Below are positions 44,624-58,911 of a stretch of DNA of 64,000 nucleotides, piece after piece. The position numbers and the translations under genes are program-made. Position 1 is the stretch's first letter, and the number at the start of each line of letters is the position of its first letter. A model generated the notes under the pieces. That model made no database searches, was not told the origin of the DNA, and saw nothing but the letters and a program-made list of their open reading frames with translations. Source of the stretch: the human T2T-CHM13v2.0 reference genome, Homo sapiens. The stretch lies in NCBI RefSeq assembly GCF_009914755.1, contig NC_060945.1; one strand, 5' to 3'.

Positions 44624-45345
44624 GATTGTTCTGTATCACCCCTTCAAGAGTTCTGCATTCTCTCAAAGGCTGCACAGCATTGAACGGGGCGGAATACCAC
44701 ATTTTAGGGGACCCGTCCTCTATTGCTGGAAATTTGGGAGAGAGCAGAGCCTTAGAGCCCATCCAGCCATATTCAGGCCAGTGGCCTTCCCTGGACAGGT
44801 GCTTCAGTGTCTGTCCCCAGGCTCCTCCTCTGTAAAGCAGATGGTTGGGGAGATGATCACAGCCTACTTTCTGGCTGCCAGGTATTCGGGTCTACTCCTC
44901 CTAAATGATTCTTCCTGTATGTTTTACGTGGGGGTCGAGGGGATAGGAGAGGGTGGCCCTGACTTCCCCTGCTTCCTGACGGGGTCACAGATTGATGGTG
45001 GTTTGCATGTGTGGGAGGGAAGTGTGAGAAGAGGCAGAGGATCTTGATGCATTTGATGAAAGCCAGAGAAGAGGGCTGAGGAAGCTTTCTGAATGAGGTC
45101 CAGATGGCTGAACACTCAGGCACCAACTGCCACGTCCAAACCAAGGGCTTGGGGTGTTGGATGGAGCAAGTGTCCAGATGTCTGCTGCTTGCAGCATTGC
45201 CCCCTCTGAGAAGCAAAGCAGGATTGTCCCCAGCCTTCAGAAGTTCTGGCTTGCTTTTCGACTTCTTGCCTTTGCTTTTATAATCCTCTCAGCGACCTCC
45301 ATGACTTACTAAGGTTTCTGAAATAAAAACCAGATGCCTGATGTC

Positions 45346-45595
45346 TTAGGCCTATGAAAGCTTTCCTAAAACTCCTTCTGAGCTGCTAAAGTCTCAGGCT
45401 GCTAGTGACTCGGAGGTGCTCAAAAACTCTGCAGCAAAAAGCAAGTGTCATAATATTATTCTCTAGCCTGGGTTAATTATAGTGATTTTTCTCTATTCAA
45501 GGCAGCTAGAAAATCCTCTGTGGCATGCAAAGATCTAGGTTGCTGGGATCTGGGTGCATCTTGCATTTATTGTCTTCCCTCTAGCTTTGGTTTTC
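45346..45595 (+). repeat. Left arm of a 250-bp inverted repeat
   Basis: Reverse complement of 48321-48570; ungapped, 18 mismatches by manual alignment. Confidence 0.97.
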
Positions 45596-46230
45596 TCAGC
45601 CTCCAGGGAGAGGCCACTGTCTTTCTACCTTTAGGTTACCTCAGGCTAGGTTTGTACAGACACCTATCCATCTCACTGTAAGCCACTCTGACCTCATCCA
45701 CTGGCAGAGCTAGCAAATTCCAGAGCTTTAATAGGGGACTGATCAGCATAGGGTGCAGCAACGTATGTCCAAAGTGTCTTCCCCAACTTGTCCTTCTCAC
45801 CTGGAAATGGTTCCTTTTTATTTGTAAGAGCAAAGTTTTCAGACACCAAAACCATCAGCCAAGGCGTGGGGGGTACACATGGCAGAGAGTCTGGGGCCAG
45901 GAGACTTACTTACCTTCTGGCCTGGGCTCAGCATGAAAGTTCTCGATCTTAGCCTCCACCAATACAGACATTGACTTTCTGAGCCCCAGTTTACCCATAT
46001 AATTATTCAACCACAGGCTGAGGCTCCAGAGGGGAAGCAGGAACAGCCCAAACTCTAAAAAGGCTCGCCGTTTAGGACGGGAGGCAAACACTCACACAAG
46101 GGTTCGAAGGCATTTTAGGTGCTTCGACAGAAGTACATAGGGGTGACCATGAAAACGCAGTGGGGGAAAACTCAGTTCTCTCTGTCTGGGGAGACACACA
46201 AGACACAAGTGCAATTATGTTGAAAGGTGA

Positions 46231-46531
<301 letters not shown>

Positions 46532-46732
46532 GAAAGGTGAGAGGGCATTTACCCAGTGACAGGAAGGGGAGGACATTCTTGGAAGGGACGGATGAGCAAA
46601 ACCCAGAACTGTGAAGAGCCTGGCAGGCCTGGGAAACTGCAGGAGGCTTAGCATGGCTGGAGCAAGGGGCACAATAGGCAATGTGGGGAGGGAGGCGGGG
46701 CCAGGGGAGGGGCTTCGACACCACTCTTAGGG

Positions 46733-46921
46733 CAGAGGCTGTCACCCAGGGACGATTTCGCCATGCCTGAAGACGTCTTTGACTATCACTTCCAGGGAGT
46801 TGGAATGCTACTGGCATCTAATAGGTGAAGGTCAGGGATTCTGTTAAACGCACAGAACAGCCCCTACAACAAAGAATTATTCAGCCCCATATATCAATAG
46901 CGCCGAGGTTGAGAACCTTAC
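46733..46921 (+). mobile_element. MER20 hAT MITE
   Basis: tgctactggcatcta...acagcccctacaacaaagaattat...gccgaggttgagaacc. Confidence 0.85.
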
Positions 46922-47275
46922 TGTATTAGTCCGTTCTCACACTGCTACTAAAGACATACCCGAGACTGGGTAATTTATAAAGAAAAGAGATTTAATGGAC
47001 TCACAGTTCCACATGGCTGGGGAGGCCTCACAATCATGGCAGAAGATGAAGGAACAGCAAAGGGACTTCTTACATGGCAGTGGGCAGGAAAGCTTGTGCA
47101 GGGGAATTCTCATTTATAAAACCATCAGATCTTGTGAAACTTATTCACTTCTTCTATAACAGTAGGGGGGAACTGCCCCATCATTCAATTATCTTCACCT
47201 GGTCCCGCCCTTGACACACGAGGATTATTAAAATTTAAGGTGAGATTTGGGTGGGGACACAGCCAAACCATATCA
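46922..47275 (-). mobile_element. THE1B-like solo LTR
   Basis: tgtattagtccgttctcac ... ccaaaccatatca; TSD cttac/cttat. Confidence 0.93.
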
Positions 47276-47442
47276 CTTATTCTCAGGGTAATGGGGACTG
47301 CTGGGGGGTTTTAAGCTGGGGATTGGCGCTCCCAGCTTTTTTCTTAGGAAGATGACTGTAGTAGCACCACAGCACATAATCAGAGGGGAAAACCCTGGCA
47401 GAAGGAAGATCATTTCAGGCAGGAGCTGTTATGCCTTCAGGT

Positions 47443-47772
47443 AGGAGTTGCCCAACTGCGACCCATGGTCCAAATCTGGCTTGTCATCTGTTTTTGCAGG
47501 TCTACAAGCTAAGAGTGCATTTTACATTTTTTAGTGGTTGAACAAAATCAAAAGAAGAATAATGTGTCACGTAAAAATTATATAAAATTCAACTTTCAAT
47601 GTTCATACATAGTTTTATTGGAACTCAGCCACTCTTATTTATTTACACATTATTTAGAGCTGTTTTTGCCCTACAGTGATAGAATTGAGTAGTTGCAACA
47701 GAGACTGTATGGCCTGTAAAGCCTAAAATATTTACTATTTGGCCCTTTATAGAGGAAGTTGGTCAGCCCCTG
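47443..47772. mobile_element. MER58B-like hAT MITE
   Basis: gttttattggaactcagcca; gagtagttgcaacagagac; aaagcctaaaatatttactatttggccctttatagag; cagcccctg end. Confidence 0.85.
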
Positions 47773-47958
47773 ACTTAAACCAAGGCAACAGAGGTGAAGA
47801 TGACAGAAAGATATAGGCCCAGGAGTGATGTAAGAGGAGTACCATTAATGGACTTGGCCAGTGATTGATTATGGGGTGAGGAAAGGAGATCATTTTCTAG
47901 CTTGGGAGCTTTGGTAAGAGAGAAAAAAGAGCCAGGTTTTAGGATTTAAAGACAGGTT

Positions 47959-48256
47959 GGCTAGGTGAAGTGGCTCATGCCTGTAGTCCCAGTAATTTGG
48001 GAGGCAAAGGCAAATAGATTGCTTGAGCCCAGGAGTTCGTGATCTGCCTGGGCAACATGGAGAGACCTGGTCTTTACAAAAAATACAAAAATTATCTGGG
48101 TGTGGTGGCATGTGCTTGTAGTCCCAGCTACTCAGGAGGCTGAGACAGGAGGATCACTTGAGCCCAGGAGGTTGAGGCTGCAGTGAGTTGTGATCGTGCC
48201 ATTGCACTTCTGCCCAGATGGCAGAGCAAGACCCTGTCTCAAAAAAATACAATAAA
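47959..48256 (+). mobile_element. AluJ
   Basis: gattgcttgagcccaggag and ggaggatcacttgagcccagg diagnostics. Confidence 0.93.
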
Positions 48257-48320
48257 GACTTAGGTTTTGGACATGTTGGGTTTGAAGTAACTGTGAGATG
48301 ACTAGGCCAACCTATAAAAG

Positions 48321-48570
48321 GAAAACCAAAGCTAGTGGGAAGACAATAAATGCAAGATGCTCCCAGATCCCAGCAACCTTAATCCTTGCATGCCATAGAG
48401 GATTTTCTAGCTGCCTTGAATAGAGAAAAATCACTATAATTAACCCAGGCTAGAGAATAATATTATGACACTTGCTTTTTGCAGCAGAGTTTTTGAGCAC
48501 CTCTGAGTCACCAGCAGCCTGGGACTTCAGTGGCTCAGAAGGAGTTTCAGAAAAGTATTCACAGGCCTAA
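48321..48570 (-). repeat. Right arm of a 250-bp inverted repeat
   Basis: Reverse complement of 45346-45595. Confidence 0.97.
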
Positions 48571-48859
48571 CCCATACACAGGACTGGGGCATAGGAAAGA
48601 CGCACAGGTTGGAAATGAATATTAACAAATCTTCAGCCTGTGGAGTTGAGATGAAGCCAGGACAGCACATGACATGGCCTAAGACAATGGGTTGTCCTTG
48701 TGTAGGTAACAGCACCCTGGAGGAATCTTTTGAAAGCTTTGGCTTTCTCCTCAGAACAATAACACACTCAAAAATCGTCATATGGCTTCTGGTTCTGGAA
48801 TCATGGGTTTCACGAAGTCCTGGACTCAAAATTAAGAACTTTTGACCTAGAATGAATTT

Positions 48860-49330
48860 ATGAGTCAAAGGAAGGCCAAGCACAGGTAGATGGGCACATC
48901 AACATGCAAGGCATGGGCAGAGGGAGGGAGCCCACGTAGGAGACTGAGAGGGGCTGGATGGAAAGAGAGGAAGAGGGCAGAGGGAGGGAGCCCATGTAGG
49001 AGACTGAGAGGGGCTGGATGGAAAGAGAGGAAGAGAACAGAGGTGCTCTAAAAACCAAGCAAAGAAAAGCATGTGCCAAGAATGGATGGAAGGATCAACG
49101 GTGTTCTAGCTGCAGAGAATTAAGCCACATGGGCTGATGAGAGTCTACTGGGGATTTAAGCGTGGTGGTCATGGGTAAGCTTTGCCTGAACCTCTCTGGG
49201 GAAGGGGGAGGTGGAGACAGGGTAGGCTAACAACTGAGTGGGAAGTGAGGTGGAAGAGACATGAGTGCAGGCTCTTTTTTCAGGGGTTTGGGTATGAGGA
49301 AAGAGGAAGACTCCAGCAGGAGTAGTGGAA
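48860..49330 (-). mobile_element. L2 remnant, continuing the L2 pieces at about 46100-48305
   Basis: ggagactgagagggg...gatcaacggtgttc...gagtgggaagtgaggtgg; the upstream piece ends ttttggacatgttgggtttga at about 48300. Confidence 0.6.
48915..49034. repeat. 60-bp tandem duplication
   Basis: Two copies (48915-48974, 48975-49034) differing by one CpG transition. Confidence 0.97.
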
Positions 49331-49430
49331 GGTGTGCAAAGAGCTGAAGGACGGACAGTTAGAGTGTACAGCTCATATTGTCTTAATCCCAGAAAGACTT
49401 GAGTTGTATAATATTTTGCCAATTACCAGC

Positions 49431-49804
49431 TGTATTAGTCTGTTTCCACGCTGCTGATAAAGACATACCTGAGACTGGGCAATTTATTAAAAAAAAAAGG
49501 TTTAATTGGACTCACAGTTCCACATGGCTGTGGAGGCCTCACAATCATGGCAGAAGGCAAGGAGGAGTAAGTCATGTCTTACATGGATGGTGGCAGGCAA
49601 AAAGATTGAGAGCTTGTGCAGGGAAACTCCCAGTTTTTAAAAGATCAAACCTCATGAGGCTCATTCACTGTTATGAGAGCAGCGCAGGAAAGACCCATCC
49701 CCATAATTCAATCACCTCCCCCCAGGTTCCTCCCATGACACATGGAATTGTGGGAGTTACAATTCAAGATGAGATTTGTGGGGGGACACAGCAAAACCTT
49801 ATCA
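49431..49804 (-). mobile_element. THE1 solo LTR
   Basis: tgtattagtctgtttccacgctgctg ... aaaccttatca; perfect TSD ccagc. Confidence 0.94.
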
Positions 49805-50466
49805 CCAGCCAACAGGGAGAGACTGAAAAGACAGTAGAGAGCAGAGAGAACTGAAGAACACAATTTTGGTCCTAAGGAAGATGGTACAGGCAGGTGCTGT
49901 GGTGGGGGGAGTCGGCAGGTCAAGAGGTTTCATTACTGTCCCCGAACCCCAGTTCCCACATTCCCCTTTCCCTATCAGGCAACACCTCACCTGCCAGACT
50001 GACTTCAGCTGAATGTCTGTGGGCTACTCTGGTCATTCCTGCCAATTTGGGATAGACACTGATCTGGCTGGAAATGGTTTTTGAACTTGCATCCAAAACA
50101 CATAGCCTAATTTGAATCTCACCAGAGAAGTCTGGCTCCAAAGCAATATTTGAACTCAAATTTATTGCTGCTATTAGCTCTTTCTAAGAGAATCATAAGT
50201 AGATGTTGATATTTTAATGACAGTTATGTCACTGGCTGGCATATTTAAAAGTAGTCATTTTAAGATGTTTCAACAGATCAGTCATGCACTGTGTCAAATG
50301 AGAGGTGCAAATTAGCAGTAAAATATATAACAAACTGTCCCTTTATAGGTATTGCCGAATTTGAGAAATCCAATAGAGGGGATATAAATTACTGTGACTG
50401 ATACATTAGCAGTCCATCAGTCTGCATATCCAGAGAATCTGCTAACATATTCCTATAAATACTGAG

Positions 50467-51397
<931 letters not shown>

Positions 51398-51429
51398 TGG
51401 CGCTTTCTGGCATGTTTTGCTTGTTTGTT

Positions 51430-51549
51430 TGTGGAGTTGGGGTCTCACTATGTTGCCCAGGCTGGTCTTGAACTCCTGGCCTCAAGCAATCCTCCTGCCT
51501 CAGCTTCCTGAGCAGCTGAAACTATAGGTATGAGCCACTGCACCCAGCA
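51430..51549 (-). mobile_element. FLAM-like Alu monomer
   Basis: gggtctcactatgttgcccaggctgg...tgagccactgcacccagc. Confidence 0.85.
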
Positions 51550-53249
51550 TTTGGTACATTTTAAATATGCAGAATGGGAGAGAGTCATGTACATGAAATG
51601 TTTGGAAAGGATTAGTCCATGAAGCTGGATCAGTTGGTTAGCCTGTGGTGGCGATGGGAGGGATAAAGTTAGATCTTTCACTTCAATCTAGATGAAAATT
51701 AATTCCAAATAATATTTGCACAACACTTCTGAAAAATGCTGTAAGACATGTCAGCCTGTATTTTCATCAGCTTTTAGTTTACTTCTGGGGATTTGGGAGT
51801 GGAAAGGGAGTGGGGGCATAAATAATGTATGTTCATTGCATAAAAATTCAAAAGTCCAGATGAGCAAAGAAGGAGAAAAATAAAAATTATCCATAATCTC
51901 ATCACATAGAGGTAACCACTGTTAGCATTTTTGTTTATATTCTTTCATGGTTTTTCCATATATTAATAATCATAAAAAATAGGCTCGTATTGTATAATTG
52001 TTGTAACCTATTTTGTTTTACTTGACACCATATCACGAACATCTTTGAATGTCCATCAATAATGCATGTGTTATGAATGCATAATATTACATCGAATAGA
52101 TGTTCCATAATTTGCTCAACAAATTCCTTACTGCTGGATGTTGAGGCTGGTTCCAATTTTCCTCGTAGGTAAATCTTAATGTACATACAGAATTATTTCC
52201 TTAGAATAAATTCCAAAAAGTGGAATTGCTTAGTAAATAAGTTTGCATATAGTGAAGGCTTTTCAATACAAAATTTCAAATTACTCTCAAAAGTGATCAG
52301 CCTTCTTGGTAATATAAGAGAATTACTTTCTCCCCCTTACATGGTCTTACATGTAGTTAATATTACTTTTTTTTTCCTTCGGTTTTCAAAGAAGGCACTA
52401 CTGTTTGACAATTGTTATGAGTGTTTGGCTAAGGCACATGTGTTTCAACTCCAAATAACCAAACGCCAAGTCAGAGTGGTTGTGGGGGCGGGGCATGCAT
52501 CTAGTAAACATTTTAGGTTTTGAGATCCAAGAGGCACAATTGAGAACATTATGTAGGTATTTATATAAGAATGCAAAAATGTAAAACACCTAGATGCCTC
52601 ACAGTTACTTCAAACCCAACATGCCCAAAACCTAAGTCTTTATTTTATTAACTCATAACTTCTTAACTCCTAACTGTACAAAAACCAGTGGTGAGTCCGT
52701 TTGCCCACAAGCCATAGCTCACTGACTGCTGCTCTAAGCGGTTGCTCCTTCTGCTTGAAGCACTTCACTGGATAATTTTTACAAGTCAGGGTAGTGAGTC
52801 CATGTTGGGTAACGCTTAGGGTACAACTGTCCACAAAAGTCCCTTATGGAGGAATTTACTAGAATCCTAGGTTGCCATCATTTGGTGAACTTTATTTTGT
52901 ATGACCTCTTAAAGAATATCCCAGCCATGGCATGGGTATATGGGTGGGTGGTGTGCAGGAAGAGTCACGTAAATATTCACAGCTACGCAGCATCCAACTT
53001 GCAGAGTCCCCTGTGCTTATCACCTTGCTGTTAGGAGATGGGGGCTCATGTAAGATTTTGTGTGTTTTACATTATAAAAATTGTTTTTTTTTCTTATTAA
53101 AGAAGTACTACATACTTGTAAAAAGTACAAAGAGTGTTAATACACTCACCCTGCTGACAGAACCTCTACTAATATTTTGGTTAATTTCCTTTTAAGTGCC
53201 TGTGTGATAGAAAGAGAGAGAGATAGGGAGAGATAGAGAGAGAAAGAGA

Positions 53250-54180
53250 GAGACTCCAAAACAGACATCATATTTGTATACAGTGTGGCATAAGTTTATT
53301 CACTTAGCGTTAGCTATGAATGTCATTGGCTAATTCATATCCCATCATGAGGAAGTAGCTTTTTCAAGTGAATTCCCAGCTGATGGGCATTTGGGCCTTT
53401 ACTAGTCTTCCAGTGTTATAAATAATGCTATAGGAAATATCTTTAAATGCAGGTCTTCGTTCATGTTTTTATGTCTTTTATTATTTCCTTTGAATAGGTT
53501 CCAAAAGTGGGGGTTACAGCTCACAGAGTAGGAGTGTACTTGATATCTTTTATACATATTTCTACTTTACTTTGTTTTTCCAGAAAGGCTGCCGTCATTT
53601 AGAGCAGTGTACTAGTGTGATCATTATCACATCTTTAGGATAATATAATTTTCAAAATATTTGCTAATTTTGACAGGTTGAGTGATATTTTATTGTTGGT
53701 TTAAATTATATTGATTTAATTTCTAGCTTTTTAAAAACTATTTTCTTATGTGTTTTATTTGTATTTCTTTTGTGAAATATGTATTCAGATTCTTTTTTCC
53801 ATTTTGTTGTTTTCCCCCCATTTTCTTATTGTTTTGTAAGAATTCTGTAAATATTCATAATATGAGCCATATTGCATATGTACCTACTGTATATGGTGTA
53901 AACTGTGTTGCAAACATTTTGTGATTTGCCTTTTAATTTTGCTTTGGATGTCTTTCTGGCATGCAGAAGTTTTGTATTTTTATGTAGCCAAATCTAGCAA
54001 GCTTTTTCTTTTTGACTCCTTTTCTTACTTTCATGTTTGGGAGGTTCATCTGTGGGATCATCCCCTAATCCATAGCACCTTTGAAGTTTCGTTTTTAATG
54101 GCTTCATGTTTTACATTTAATTCTTTAAGCCATCTGGAATTAATTTTGGTCTAGGTTGAAGTGAAGGATATAACTTTATC
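53250..54180 (-). mobile_element. Old L1 (L1ME-like) remnant
   Basis: AT-rich antisense L1 motifs (gcagaagttttgtatttttatgtagccaaatc; ttttacatttaattctttaagccatctggaatt). Confidence 0.6.
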
Positions 54181-56119
54181 CCCCCAGCCTCCCAAAGCTA
54201 ACCATCTGACCTGGCTCTATTGACTAATCCTTTCCAAACTCCTAATGTGCATGACTTTCTCCCACTCTGCAGTATTGGACTGGGGGAGGGGGAGGGAGAA
54301 AGAGAGAGGAGGAGGAGGAGGAAGGGGAGAGATTCTTTAGTCACACACCAAAGTTGCACAGCTGTAGGTGCTGCAGAGACTTTTGTCCCTAACTGTGTGA
54401 TCACCACATGTGATCCCTAACGATGCACTGAAGGGCGCTGCTGACTCCAGAACTTCAATGCTTAGTGGAGCAACAAGCAATTGGCCAAGGCCGTTTCTGA
54501 CCCCAACTCCAAGTCCTCTGACACAACTCAGATTTAAGCTGAATTATCAACCTAGGTTGGGGAGAGGTGGCAAGTGTCTTTGTCTCTCAAGCACTCGCAT
54601 AAGTTCCAGAGTGCTTCGTTGAAGAATGGCGCTGGACCTTCTAGGAGGAGATGCTCCCTTCAGCCACCTCCCCCAACTATGTGTGGAAACAGATCCTGTT
54701 ACCCAGAAATTTTCAGAGATGTGTCTTATCATCTGTCTCCCAGAGACCAGAGCCTTGGCCACCACCCTGGCTGGCTATGAACTCCCCTTGCTGGTTTCCA
54801 CTCTGCCATATTATTCATTTAAATACTTACTGTGTGGACAATGTGGGATCTCAACCATGACACACAGCCCCTCCCTGTCCTCCAGGAATTCACAGTCTGA
54901 AATTGCTTGTGGCCAATAGACATTTTACTTGTACGCTATGCTAGAGGATGAATAGCAGGGGCTGTCTCCTTGGGACTGCAACCCTGGACCTACCTGCTAA
55001 ACCTAAACATAGACTAAACCAGCATTTCCTAAGTACCTATGATGTACGTGGGCATGAGGGATTGGGGAAGAATGAGTGCATACACTTTATGCATATGTTT
55101 ATTTATAAATATTATTACAATTATACTCGTTCTTATTTTGTATATAGATGAACAGAATCATGTATAAAGTCTTTCTGGGCTAGGTTTCTAAGGCATTGCC
55201 AAGTTAAGTAGGTACCTGCTCAAAATCACCCTGGGAAATGGCAGCCCTGGGGGTCAACCCTGAAGCAACCTGCTCTCCCAGGCTCGTGGTCCTTCCTCAT
55301 GATGGATCAGTGCGTCTGACCCATCATCACTCCCCCTTTCATCCCATCCTCTAACGTATCCATCGCCATGCACCAGGCGCCAGCCTTTGCGTGTCCTAAC
55401 TCTGAAGACCTCATTCAGATGTCTTCTCTTTCCTTTCAGTTATTTTGCTGTTTCCTCACATCCACCAGCATGACCGCCCATCCCCAAAGAGCTCCTTCTC
55501 CCTATACATTTACATTTGCCTTTGCGCAATGATGATATTTGCGTAAGATGTTTTTTGCCCTCAGCCCAAAAGGGTGCAGCCACATTACACATATAATCGG
55601 GTGTGGTGGTTCTTTACCTTAAGCCTTGATGGGTGTACATCGATAGCACACCGGGGCAGAGAGGTCACGTGTGCAAAGATTTGCACATTAGAAATAATAT
55701 AACCCTTGAGGGATGTTGCTTTTATTTCTTCCCTATACACCCCCAGCTTAATTATTATTGACATTCTAGTGAAGTATTATTGTTATTTTCCAAAGAAAGA
55801 CCCTTGTCTTCTGCAGTCTTCATGGAAGAATATTCAAGGAAAGTCTGGCTGTTACTATTGCCTGGAGGTGTGAAATGTGAAAGGCAGTTTGCAGTGTGTT
55901 CCTGACGTCTCTAAAGTATGGGCAGAGGGAAACAGACATAAGATATTGTTTAAAGCAGTTTCTTTTCTGGGGGCTCAGATCCCATGGGTTCAAGGAGCAC
56001 CAATTTGCCTACCTCTCTGCTCCTCTTCCTCCCCTGACAGGGCCATGTGAGCTCAGCCTTGAGAACCCAAGCAAAAGGAATAATAATAGCAACAATGACC
56101 CTGTGACAGCAGCATTGTT

Positions 56120-56350
56120 CTGTTTCCTTCCTAGGTGCTGGGTACTATGCTTGGCGCTTTATATGAATCATCTCATTTACTTTCACAACAGCTGAGGCAG
56201 GAGCTCCTTTTGTCATACCCATTTTACAGATGGGCAATTGAGGATCAGAGAAATTAAGAAATGAGCCCAAAGTCACATAGCTAGCAAGTGGCAGAGCTGG
56301 GTTTTGAACCAGACTTTTTGGCTCCAGAGTCCTCACTCCTAACTATTAGA
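56120..56350 (-). mobile_element. MIR
   Basis: cccattttacagatg; aaagtcacatagctagcaagtggcagagctggg. Confidence 0.85.
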
Positions 56351-56405
56351 GCTCTTCTGCTTCTGACATTGAAGCTTAGTTTATGGGGTTGGTATAGAGG
56401 GTCTA

Positions 56406-56793
<388 letters not shown>

Positions 56794-57869
56794 TCCAGAC
56801 AAACCGGAAAAACACAAAACAACCCCAGCTGTCCGTGGGCTATGTCCTAATGGGGTCCTGACTCCTGTATGCTACCTCCTTCTAGCAGTTGCAGCCACTC
56901 AATGTCCACTTGAGGGGCAGCCTCCATTTTCACGAGCAATGCTGAGCTGAGGGCTGGGGACAATTAAGTCCCTCCAGATGGATTGTGACCCTGATTCCTC
57001 TGACAAGGATTCTCTCCTCCTTCTTCCTGCCTACTTGCCTCTGTTCTTCCAGTCGGGGCCTGTCTTGGTCTTAGTTCTCAACCTTCCACCTTTCCCAGAT
57101 GTGAGGCCACACTCTTGCCCGCCGTGAACCGATGCTGCTCCCTGTGGACCTGGCTGTTTGCTGTGGGCTCTTCTGCAGATCATCTTTTTGTCAGGGCCCG
57201 GCTCTGGCCAACTTGTGGTGTTGGGAAGCATCACCTACCTACAGGCTGCCATAAACCAGAACGGAGAGACCATCAAGCTTCTGGGACAATTTGGAATCTA
57301 AATGTTCCCTGGAGCCACTGTAATTTGGGCAGAGAGGGGAAAACCTCAGTAAAAAGTTGAAGGGAGAGAAATCAGGATCAGGGAGGAGAGCTGGGGGGCA
57401 GAGGGAGAGAGGAGGCACCTGGAGACACCTGTTCCTGCGGCAGGACGGCGGGTGGGAGCTGTACCTGCAGGCGGCTCTGTATCCTGGCCAAGATGCTCCG
57501 CCCATCACCTCTGTTGCCACCATGTTGCCAGGAAACATTTGGATTGCATTCTACCATTGAAGAAGCCCTGCCAAGAGGGCCAGTCAGGGCCAGGACATCA
57601 TTCCCTCCTGCTCACGGCTGGCCGTGCCCAGCTGGCTATCCAGAGGGCACCAGCATCAGGGATCAGGAGCTCACCAGGTATTTCTTTGCATGGTGAGTGG
57701 TAACTTACAAAGCAGGGCCCTGCACTGTGAATAGGCAAGTTCAGTTTCGCTGGGTCTTGACACAGTGTGGTTAAATAACACCTGCAGATGGAATCACCAG
57801 GAGAGCCTGTTAAAATACAAATTCCTGGGACTACCCCTATGTACCCCCAAACTTAGTCAAAACTCCCAC

Positions 57870-58060
57870 TCTGTGCCAAGTACTGCTCAACTCACTTTAT
57901 ATGTGTTAACTCACTTAGAGTTAATACCTGCAAGGTAGGTGCTACTATCATTGTTCCCATTTTACAGATGAAGAAACTGGTGCAGAGAGGGCTGGGAAGG
58001 CACCCTGGTCACACAGCTAATAAGAATTGGGATCTGAACTCAGGCTGAGTGGCTGCAGAG
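57870..58060 (-). mobile_element. MIR
   Basis: cccattttacagatgaagaaactg; ggtcacacagcta. Confidence 0.8.
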
Positions 58061-58911
58061 CCCTCTGCCAGGCCAGCCTGGGAGCCTCCTGTCTCAGACA
58101 GAAAAGCCTGTCCACTTGAAAAATGGACATCAGCAATGGCTTTTCAACCTACTGGGCTAATTAGTGCTCACTTGGAAGTCATCAGCTTAAACCAAATATT
58201 GTTAATCTATAAAATTCCTATGACCATGGGTCAGCCACCTTGCTGCCCTGTAAATGATAGGGTATTATCTTCCCAAACTCAATAAGGTTTTCAACCTATT
58301 TGGGAGTCAGTGACCTCCTTGACAATCCAATGAAAGTGTGGATCTTGCCCACATAACAAAAGACACCTATTCACATTTAATATGTAATAGCAAGAATGCC
58401 CAGGAAATCTGTGGATGCTATGTTGTGAACCCCAACCTACATGAATACATGAATCTTCCCTAAATTGAGGTTCCCCCCATCCCTCATCTCTTTGTCTCTT
58501 AAAATTCTCAGTAAGAAGGGAGGCACACCTAGGAAAATTATTTGATTGGAGTCAAAGTAATTAAGGCACAACTTTCCTTCCCTTTGGTACTTGCAAACAT
58601 CCATCTTAATTAAAGTGTTCATTATGAGGCCAGTGCTCGGGGCTGCCAGGAGACTGGATAAGACAGAAAACCCCTTAGGATTATGAGAGGTCACTGCTTA
58701 TTGAACCTGGGATTCTCATTACTGAAGCGACCCTATGCCTTGGGTAGCTTAAGGAAGATTCTCTGTGGCAGCAGACATGGGTTCTTTGAATTTTCTTTGA
58801 AGCCAGTTTTTGCCATAAACTGTAGAGTTACCTTACTGTGTGTTATTCAATGAATGTTCTTTCCCTACAGTTCTACCTTGGGTAAGTAGGTTAACCAATT
58901 AAGAAATGTTC

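Noticed and set aside
57357-57703. Possible exon with a donor-like ATGgtgagt at about 57690
   Set aside because: Isolated splice-like motif with no recognisable coding content or partner exons.
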